Assembly (NCBI GenBank): GCA_973895155.1
Contig: OZ316891.1
Location: forward strand, 19,989,048 to 20,053,047
Reading direction: 5' to 3'
Length of the DNA: 64,000 bases
From: Marsupella aquatica
Lineage: Eukaryota > Plantae > Marchantiophyta
In this document: in pieces, positions 22,293 through 36,038 of the stretch
Layout: every line of letters starts with the position of its first letter
How positions within the stretch are numbered: position 1 is the first letter of the stretch
Notes under the pieces: generated by a model
What the model saw: only the letters and a program-made list of their open reading frames with translations
Database searches by the model: none
Told to the model about the DNA's origin: nothing
Position numbers and translations under genes: made by a program

Positions 22293-23318
22293 TTGATGCC
22301 TGCATCCCTCATCAGTTCGAGTGAGGCTCATTTCCAACACTTCCAACCTCTGATCAGCATACTCGTTGAATCTCAGCAAAATAAAACTCACCTTGCAACG
22401 AGAGTCCTACCAAAGTCAGTGTGGAAGTCAAATCAACCAGGTGACATAAGAGCGATGGCGATAACTATAAAACTCAGAAACCGCTCTTCGACGCCACCAG
22501 ACGTTTGACTTTGCAACCTCGTTTGCGACAGTGAGGAATTCGAATTCCTTTGGGAACGTTGCATACACGAAAAAACACAAAAGATAAATAGTGTTTGCGC
22601 TCACGTGTCGCACATGACTTGACTTGACTTTCTTAAGGGTTCTGATTTTGGTCTCCTGGTAAGTGTTTTTGCCAGTAGCCGTAACGGGGCACTTACTGCC
22701 GACCCATAACGAGTTAAGTCTGGGATTTGAAAAGCTCAAATCAGTCCAACCCTTTTCATGGACCCTCGTTTTCAGGAGCAACTTGCTGCTGCTGATCGAA
22801 GTCCTTCAGCATCTATTGCACATTCTTTTACTTTGCCGGAATGGTGAACTAGACCAGTCGAGTGTTTGCCAAATGTGCACTGCTGAAACCAATCACCCTT
22901 TCTCAAGTTGAATAGTGTTTTTATCTGTGCAGACGTGATTCTGTTCATTGACACATGTCGCATCTCGTGAAGATTTCCATGGCCAGACACCATTTCAACT
23001 CGGTCCTTGATCAGTGAGTGGCATAGATCGGTGACAGAGGGCCGACAATGTGGAATGGTTCCCTATCAGTCACTCTTCAACATATAGCCATAGGACCTAT
23101 ATATGAGCAGCCATTTGATTTGTAACAGATATATGTATGCCTAGTTTGTTTCTATGCTATTTGTTCCAATGTTATTCTGACCAATTATAGCGGCAGCTTT
23201 CTTGTTTAATTTGGTGAACGTTTTATGGATGACTCTTGGATCTAAGCCACTTATGGGACTTCATGGGTGTGTAACATCGTGCGTTAAATTTACACCGAAT
23301 CATGGCCTCCGTACACAT

Positions 23319-23720
23319 TCAGTTCGCATCCTCACATTTCGCTCACTTAGAATCATCGTCCTCTCCATACCACTTACAGCGCTCAAGCGCTCAATTGCCG
23401 AGATCGTCGAAGAAGCAATGCATTCTACTATCCGGTATATATAGTGAGGACTCGCAGATATAATGGGTGAAAGCTTACCAGACGAAGTGGTCGTGGGCGC
23501 GGTCAATTTACGGTAAGGATGGCTTCGAGCGTGATTCTGATTTGATATTTGCTCTCCTGATCGATCGAGCTGACATTTATTGAAGTTCAATTCGCATCCC
23601 TCTCATTTCGTGTGTTCAGAATCATCGTCCTCTCCATCCGATTCACAGCTCTCAACTGCCGAGATATTCGAAGAAGCAATGGATTCTACTATCCCGTATA
23701 GTCAGCACTCGCATATATAG
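23319..23720. repeat. Diverged direct repeat, two ~140-bp copies
   Basis: TTCGCATCC..AGAATCATCGTCCTCTCCAT..GCCGAGAT..TCGAAGAAGCAATG.ATTCTACTATCC..ACTCGCA.ATATA occurs at about 23319-23461 and 23586-23719. Confidence 0.8.
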
Positions 23721-24789
23721 TTTCAATCAGCAGACGTTCGTAGCGGGATACGAAGAAACATTAATTGCAGAGGGAATCTACAGTTTCGTAGGAGAGTTTT
23801 GAACTCAGCAAAATAGCCGTCAAGTTCTGTTGATTGGATTACATTTATTTGGATATCGGAAAATTGAAAGTTCAGAAAAAGCTGATCGACCAGAAGTCTA
23901 AAAGCACATCAGAATGAACGTAGACTGTCCAGAAGTTGAAACAGTCCAGAAGTTGAAACACCAGACGACTGTCCAGAATTGAAGTTGAAACACCAGAAGA
24001 CAGTCTAGAAGGCGATGGAGCTTATACGTTAACCTGGTTCATCTTCCAAAGACCTGCAGTTCATGCATTGCATAATTATAAGAAGGTAGTCACAATCCTT
24101 TCACGTACTATGAATGTTGGTCTAGCTGGTTCATATCCCAAAGCTAAGATTTGTACATATCACTCGTGACCAGTCCTTTTATATACCCCGGCGAGAAGGT
24201 CTAGATGCATACCGACGTTTCAGAATGATGAAACATGAGCCTCGAATCGACAAGATATTCTACGTAATTCGCGTGGATTGTTCCTGCGTGTACTTGGAGA
24301 GAGCACGAATAGCTGGGCTCTCTGAACTGCTATAGCGATCGATGAGACCAATTGGACAACGAGGGCAGCAGGATTGAGAGCACGATCATTACGTACTGTG
24401 AAACGATTGCTCTGATCTGAGAATGCGCACTGCATTGACCACATTGACCTGACCGATGAGTCCACCACAGGACTGCTTCACCACTTAGACGTCACGCCGG
24501 AGGTAACGAACATGTGAGTAATCGTCGTGGACAGCCGTAAGAAGTTTGAACTGGATTTTTCGGACATGATGAACGTCCTTGGTCAATAAACCCAGAAAGA
24601 GTGCTCGACAGAAGGAACGGTGCAAGTAAATGCATCTCAATTCAAGGTGTCAAGATCGATACTCTAGTTGTCCTCAAAAACGAGCAGAAAGAGGAGGAAA
24701 AGAGAGTAGGGCGAAATGCAGCGTGATGGAAGGTAAGTTGTGAAAGGAGCGGAATTAATTTCAATTCGGTGGACGAGGCTGACAAGGAG

Positions 24790-25422
24790 ATGAAGCGCTC
24801 AGCGTCGGAGATCGGAGATTGTAGCGGGGGAGAAGGGGCTCGCAAACTGGCGAAATGCACAGCTGGAGGAGGTAACGATGCCGGTGGATCACTTGCCCCG
24901 TATCTCCCGATGTGGCACGATAACAATACGTCTCCTACATCATCAGAGAGTGCGATAAGTTCCAGCCTGCAGGGCAGTGACGATGAGGACGAGGGCAACG
25001 GTAGAGGCGGGGGCCTTGGGGCTGGTACTCAGGAGGATGACGAAGAAAAGAGGAGGATGGAGAATTTGGAGCCTGGAGAGTTAAATAGTGCCCTCGATCG
25101 AGAGATGCAGCAAATTTTAGCCTGCTTCACACCAGAGCAAACGACTCGTTATGAGAAGTATCGCCGTTCTGGGTTTGACCGGTCAGCCATGAGAAAGCTG
25201 CTTGCAATTGTGGCCGATTGTCCGATTTCCCTCCAAATAAGTGTAGTGATGTGTGGAATTACCAAAATATTTGTGGGAGAGCTTGTGGAAACTGGGAGAA
25301 TTGTGATGACAGAGAGAAATGAAGTGGGCCCAATCAGGCCATGCCACATTCGGGAGGCATATCGAAGGCTGAAGTTGGATGGCATAATACCATCCCGAGG
25401 GACAGCACAACGATTTAAATAA
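24790..25422 (+). CDS. TAF11: TFIID subunit 11-like protein (TAFII28 histone fold), single coding exon
   Basis: EMQQILACFTPEQTTRYEKYRRSGF...VMCGITKIFVGELVETGRIVMTERNEVGPIRPCHIREAYRRLKL matches the plant TAF11 core. The N-terminus is acidic and low-complexity. First ATG is at 24790. Confidence 0.88.
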   Translation: MKRSASEIGDCSGGEGARKLAKCTAGGGNDAGGSLAPYLPMWHDNNTSPTSSESAISSSLQGSDDEDEGNGRGGGLGAGTQEDDEEKRRMENLEPGELNSALDREMQQILACFTPEQTTRYEKYRRSGFDRSAMRKLLAIVADCPISLQISVVMCGITKIFVGELVETGRIVMTERNEVGPIRPCHIREAYRRLKLDGIIPSRGTAQRFK

Positions 25423-27261
25423 CGACGTACGGCCAAATCAGGAACCTAGCTTACCAGGATTTTGGTCTCTTGAAACTGAGGGAGTGAATTGGAAGCGTCC
25501 AATCAAAGCTACCTGTATCTTTTACACAACAGAGTTTGCACGGACTCAAAGCTGATTCGGTCAATTAAGAACAAGAGCTCGCTGGGATTTTGCAAAATGG
25601 TGTTTTCTGCTGTTAAAAGCAATCAGGAAAGTGGTGGGCTTTGTTTGCATGCTCAACAAATCTTTCCAGGGTGTAAGCTACACTTTAACTTTCTGGTTGT
25701 ATTCGATTCAAGCACCGGGTCGAGATCACATTCCTCTAGTACAATTGATGCAACGAATAGTTGACGTTCCGCAATTACGCAATTCAGACAGCACACTGAG
25801 ACCGACTGTAAGCTCTGGACCTAAGAGTTAGCCGAAGTTGCGAACACACCTAAGATGCGAAGATCGTTGCGAATTTGCAGTGAAGATGTGGTAGTGGGCA
25901 TGTCATTTGATTACTTCGTTGTGGTTCTGACTTAGTGATGGTACCCAGCATCGAGAACATGATCATGGAGACTCATTGTGCAATTGCATCACACGCAGAT
26001 ATGGTTGGACATTCTAAGAGGCAACGATCTGTGGCCAGCGAATTAGGTTGCTTCGTAACCGCATTGTGTTTTCAAACAATAAACGCTAGTTCAAATGTTA
26101 CTGTAGACAGTGCACACACATCAGAACTGAAATCTGAAATTTGATCTCAATTTTGCTCTGCTTCGAGCAACGTGTAATGAACCTCGTTGGTTTTCTTGGT
26201 ACAGGACCGTTTCGCTAGTGGCATCCCCTTCAACGTATCCTTTCTGCCCATCAGCAAGACTTCAAAAAATTTGAGCTAGAGCTCCACGTTTTCTCTGGGT
26301 TTCCCTACATGGAAGTTCAGGACCTTCCATTAGAGTTGGCTTTGTTTCACTGCAGCTTGCGTCCTGGTCTGTTAACATACGTTACTTCTGCAGAGCATCC
26401 AATGCCCTTTGTAAACCAAATTTATAGGGGGGGTAGGAAGGAGTGAAAGCCCAAGAGAGATTGCGAGCAGGTTCACGAGATTTTTAAGTTGGAGTGTGTA
26501 GGACGGAGGATTATTCTTGGCTCATAGCTTTTGTACGAAGTGTCGGAACAAGTTCGCAACTCTGTTCTAAGGTATGAATATAAAGGCCAACCCAACTAAA
26601 ACAAGAGATACTGAACCTTATACTAGTAACTTTGGTGGGTAACCACCAGCAATGATCTGGTCACTGTCGTGGATTGAGCGAAGTAGTCTGTTATCTATAA
26701 CATCTTGTGCTTCTGTCCTCATGTCCTGGGTTTCATTGTGAACTTTGTCACACGAATGATCGATAAGAGCAGGGGTTCCTTTTGCCTCAAAAAATCTTTC
26801 TAACTTGGTCGGGTGCATTCGTTCCCCAAAATTAGGTAAGATCGTGACGATTTGTGCTCAAAAGTTGCAGGATTCAATAAAACTGTTCCTAAGGCCACTT
26901 CCATAATTAAGACGGCAGTCTCAAGGGCGTACACAAGCTATGAAGCATGATTGGCAGAGGGGTGTAACGCCAAACCTCTAGCCAATAATGGGGCCTTCGT
27001 ATGATATCTCATACACAGGTCTTCTTGGTTACTATAAGTTCTCTGCTTCAAAGGGAACTTGATTTTCTGACTGGATCTAGAGTAGTGGGAATATGCAATC
27101 AGACACTACAGATATTTTTCCACAAATAGAATTTGGCATTAGCGTAGAAAATACGTGAGATGCTCAGACATCGCAATGATAGCTCAAACTTTATCTTACA
27201 CAAAGATTCGCGACTCGGACAGGCTTGAAAGTAGCAGTGAGAGTGTGAACAAAAATGTTTT

Positions 27262-30161
27262 TCAGGTGTCCTCCGGACCCTCTGGATCACCAAGCATAAA
27301 GAATACATCCTTATTATCTTGGTATGTTTGCACGAGAGCCGCCGCCTTGTATGCAAAGAAACCGAACAGTAGTGGTGCAACCTGCTTACAGAGAGCTAAT
27401 ATTAGAGTAAAGTATGAATGAGCAGAATGAGCAGTGACAAGTTGCAAGAAAAGATAAATAAACGAAGAAGGGTCCAAGTTCAAAATCGAATAAGTCTGAA
27501 ATGATGCTTGCCTGCAAATGGAAGGGAGAACTCTCAGCAAAGCGCTCCGTCAGTGCCCACAATCCAAAGAGCACAGATGGAATGACAAGACGAGGTGAAG
27601 ACAAGGCTCTAGAACTCCCTCTTTTTGTTTTCTCAAACGATTCTTGCAGGTCAGCACTCGTGATACCAATCCTGCATGGACAAGAAAGTTTCCTATGAGC
27701 TGAGCCTTCATGCGTGACAAGGTGCACACTAAAACCTGTGGGTAAGTGACCCTGGAAGGTATCTCCAGTGCACCGACAACGATCCACATTTAATGGACAC
27801 CTATATCCTTTAGCATAGTAAACCGTGTTGAACTTGTGAAATTTGAGACATCCTGTAAATCCAACCTTTTCTGTCGTCTCTGCACAAAAATTTGCGCTAC
27901 ATTATCTTCAGATACTTCATCCACATGTCGATAGAGGAGTTGTAGGTATGCTAAGCTGTTGAAGTCACACAAAAGAGGTTGTTAGGATAGAATGTGTGGC
28001 AGCAGCTGACTCCCTACGAGCACACCTTGGCGGTTTCCCCTCAACTTGCCCATACGTTCAGCCATGCTTTTGCTTAGACATGGCCGCAAAGTTCATTAGC
28101 TTAGGACTTCTGAAGGATGGAATCTCTCTAGAAACACAGCATCTTGATGTGCGTCTCTGATTTCCAAGAAAGGGCATGTATGTTTACCTCGCTATAGCTC
28201 CAATGCCATAGCTCACCATTGCCTGCAGAAGCGAACATCAGTCAAATCATTAGACTCAATGATTGTCCCAGCCCTCCGCAGTAAGAATGCTACTCAATCT
28301 TTGTTTCAAAAACACAGTTGCACAACATCTAAAAGCTAGACTGATGAATCTCGTCTAAGATTCAGCCTAAAAAATTGTATTCATAGCTACCCAGTCAAAA
28401 ACTGCTGTGGAGCTTATGTGTGCAGCAAAAGCAAACAGATTTGCAAAATTACCTCAGGGGAGAGTACGAGTAAACAGTAAGCACTAGTAGCCACTGCAAC
28501 CTTGACAGTCATTGAGGACAGTTCGCGCTTTAGCTGGAAGTACCCACGGCATTCAAGAGAGTGAGACCATCACGATTCACACAAGAGTCTGTCAGTGACC
28601 CTGATATGCTAGTGAACGCATGCTAGACCTAAGGACAATTAGCATATCATAGGTCTCAGGATATTATTTTCCTAAGGACCTTGAGAGGAAAGAACATGGG
28701 GCAATTAGATTAGATGTCGAAGATACTTACAGCTTCATATTCAAGCAGGCTCTGCTCCCTACGATCTTCCCTTGCCCTCTCCCTGTCCTGCATCATCAGG
28801 TAGAACAGAACTCTGATTGATGTCCTTTCAATCTTTCAATGACAAGGGAATTAAGCCAAGCTTCTCAACAAGGGGGAACCATTAAATGTCTCCCTTAGTT
28901 GGAAATAAGGAGCGCATTAAGGATGAAGAACAAAAAGACTCTCCTTTGCGGTGATAGGGCACTGTTGACAGGAAAACTTCAACTGATGGGCAAACGCTTA
29001 AGGCAGTCTTGTCAACCAGTTCTAAGTGAAAGAACCTCCAAGATTCGGTAACATTGCAGGTCCTCCACCAGATCGATCCATTCATAAGACCGCGGGTCTG
29101 AATGATGTGAATAAGAGCATATGCAAGAGTGTAAAAAACTGAACCGTACCTGAGCAGCACTATTAGCATTCCTTGGTGTTGCATCTTGTCCCAAACTCCA
29201 GCTCCTTGCTTGACTCAATTTCAGAAAGCTCCCAGTGTCCTCGACTTCCTTCAACTGAACACTTGAAAACCAGGACGATTCTCATTGCAGTTTAATATTC
29301 CACCCAAACGGAGCATGACGAATGCCATCCTCAACCTCCTTCAAGTGCAAAGATGGAAAAAAATAATTTGACGCAGTTTCACACGTAATCCAGTCGACCA
29401 TATCATCAGCTGAACGAATGAAAGTAAGAAACTGTAACGTTGCAGTTTGACAGTCAGCCTCACGAGACACAATTTCTGCTCCAGTACTCAACACTTGAAA
29501 GGAGACACAGAACGCAACCGATATCCGGACTCCTAGTTTGAATCTTACATTATGTAGTTTCAAACTACACGTAGGACACAGAATAAATCCTATAAAGGGT
29601 GTAGTGCATACATAGAGATAGCAAAACACGCTACAAGGTCATCATCAATTCAAGGTGCGGAGTTAATCCCAGAATTCAACATACAAGGATTCGGGAGAGC
29701 AGAATTTGAGCTCACCAACAAAGTGTGCATAGATTCAAGGAGCAAGTGCATACCTTTTGCAATTGGGACAGCTTTTCTCTCACTCGTTGCCGACTCTCCT
29801 CGTCCAGCTCGACGACCTCGTTTTCCCGCAGCACGTCGGCAGCTTTGGACACGAAATCTCCATCGACGGCCTGCCTCCTTCTCAAGAAAGACTCGAAGAA
29901 TTCTTTCCCGGAAAGTAGATTTTCACCGCTATCTCCACTGCTACTGCCAGTGCTGCTTCTCGCCACAACAGCCATTCTCGCTTCTTTTTCCGCTCTACTT
30001 GGGTGCTCACCGTTTCCACAACCCGTCCTAGCCATCATCGTCACCATTGTTATCAAACCTTTCCTACTAGCCGTTGTTGTACATTGATATCGCCCGAAGA
30101 AGCCATGGCTGGTGGCTCCAATCGAGCATGGACGGCACGAGGAGATGTCCACGAGCGCCAT
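27262..30161 (-). CDS. Conserved plastid-targeted membrane protein, CGL160/ATP-synthase-I-like family, 8 exons, ~351 aa
   Basis: Exons 29754-30161, 29150-29254, 28731-28787, 28453-28533, 28188-28222, 27866-27955, 27512-27671 and 27262-27381 sum to 1056 nt in frame. The N-terminus is Ser/Thr-rich and transit-peptide-like. Motifs EYEALKREL, SYGIGAIASLAYLQLL, SSPRLVIP and PLLFGFFAYKAA parallel the CGL160 membrane domain. The exact orthologue was not assigned. Confidence 0.82.
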
Positions 30162-30793
30162 CTTCCATGCACGAGAATCCCAGTCTGAAGTTCTGCTGCA
30201 GAGGAGTGGAGATTTAGTTTGAAAGAAATCCCGGGCTTCGCCCAGCTGACCCCTTCCTGAAAACCGCACTCTAAATTCGTCAAATCTTGTCCGATTTCCA
30301 AATGCGATAGATCGATTTCATAGCCCGTCTTCCCAAGATTCCAACCCACGTAACAGTATGCAATTCCAATCACAAGTAACGAAACTATGATCAGAACTCG
30401 ACAACTTCGAAGGTGTGCAGCATACAGGTCGACTACCCCACTCTCCCCTGAGGCAGCAGCTCGATTCCCAGCCACAGAGATCTCTTTCTACGTTTTGTCA
30501 ATGAGGAGACGCTACTTATAATCCTTATCTAAATTTATTCCTAGATTTATTTCTGACCATTAGATTTCCCTACATTTGAGGAGAGCCGTTAGATTTTGGC
30601 CGAAGGATGCTGTGGTGTGTTGGGAGACCGGCAAATGGGTCTCGGGCCCCTCTTCTCCCTCAGTTTTCGTTTGTACTGGAAACATATATATCAAGTGTAA
30701 AATAGGGCATACCAGCTCATCTCCAGAGGTTTCCATGACTGACATGCTGTAGGCAAGGTCACTGACCAAAAATCCGCAGTTCCTGCAAAATGT

Positions 30794-31165
30794 GACCACT
30801 AGTAGCTTGGCTGGTCAGCGCACCGGGATTTGCACCAAAATAGTTTCGCACAATCTGCATTGGCGACCTTCAAGAATCATCAGCGCCCATTCAAAAAATC
30901 ATCAGCACCCATGGGAGGACCACTAGTAGCTTGGCTGGTCAGCGCACCGGGATTTGCACCAAAATAGTTTCGCACAATCTGCATTGGCGACCTTCAAGAA
31001 TCATCAGCGCCCATTCAAAAAATCATCAGCACCCATGGGAGGACCACTAGTAGCTTGGCTGGTCAGCGCACCGGGATTTGCACCAAAATAGTTTCGCACA
31101 ATCTGCATTGGCGACCTTCAAGAATCATCAGCGCCCATTCAAAAAATCATCAGCACCCATGGGAG
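30794..31165. repeat. Perfect tandem triplication, 3 x 124 bp
   Basis: The unit GACCACTAGTAGCTTGG...CACCCATGGGAG starts at 30794, 30918 and 31042 with no visible mismatches. Confidence 0.95.
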
Positions 31166-32228
31166 CATGTTGAAACTTGTCTCAACAGCAAACCCCCTAC
31201 ATTAAGTTTGCTCAAAAGTTGAGATTTGGTCAGGGTTGCGGGCAAAGATTCTCACAGCAGGAACTGGAAAAAGGGGGAACAACAGTTTTGAGACATCCTA
31301 ACAAAGTCTTGTTACAACGCATTGTGTGCTATAATCCCCCCCAAATGAGATCTTCTGATGGGTTATTTTGCCCAGAGTGTTCTGGTAACATGATGTTCAT
31401 ATACTTTTTATTTCTACTAATTTTAGCAATACTATAGTAGAGTTTTCAAAATGAGTTGATCCTGATCTTGAATGTGCACTCTTCTCCATGAATAACTTGA
31501 AAATTACAAAGAGAACAATCATGAATTGCATTAAGCATAGGTGTTTTGGGAAACGCCCCATGTTTTGCTTGGTTTTCTGTTTACTAGCCTGAATACATAT
31601 ATACACAAGAAGGGTTCCTGTATGCCCATGCTGTCCTCACTGACAAGCATAGTAAGTCTAGATACCAAAATTTTCTATGGCCTATGGCTCCACTTTATAG
31701 AGAAGATCATGAGGTGTAGACCTTGATAGCAAATTGTAGCACGGATTAAACCCAATAGTCATGACAAATTCACCATTTTTAGTACATTTTTCTTGAAATT
31801 GTGAAGCAAAGTCTCATGGTAAAGGAGAACAATGTGAAAAAGGGAGAAGTCTTGGACACCTCTCCTTCTATATGGCCACCGGTGGTTGGTTTATAGCAAA
31901 GCGGTCTCCTAGTGACCCTTCACTTTTTATATTTTTAATGTTTTTCTTATACTTCCAATCTAATACCTTCGTATCACAGCTTTGTGAGGGGGTGCTTCAA
32001 ATTCGCAGCTCTCATGAACAGCAAAAGCCATCTCACACAGAGCGGCAGAACTCAAGAAATCTCGCTCACAATTCAGCAATACTGAAGCTGTGGAGAGTTC
32101 CCAGTAGTTGGTATAGTAGTAGCTGCAGCTGGAGACTGAATCATCATCATAGCTTGGCCCTGGGGCTGCTGATCCACTTATTGGGAAGCTTCAGCAGCAG
32201 CAGCAGCAGGTGGCAGATTGAGCTAGCC

Positions 32229-36038
<3,810 letters not shown>

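Larger units (their letters stand above)
10204..22339 (-). mobile_element. Ty1/Copia LTR retrotransposon A (outer, defective), containing nested element B and a 5' tRNA-like extension
   Basis: LTRs 10204-10496 and 21924-22215 differ by 2 substitutions. PBS TGGTATCAGAGCCAGG at 21908-21923. PPT adjoins 10497. Domain order is gag-PR-INT-RT-RH. TSD CTTCC is at 10199-10203 and 22340-22344. Confidence 0.95.

Noticed and set aside
31872-32228. Longer N-terminal extension of UMP kinase from the upstream in-frame ATG
   Set aside because: The sequence looks like promoter/5' UTR. The ATG at 32229 has good context (GCCATGG) and starts a typical transit peptide.
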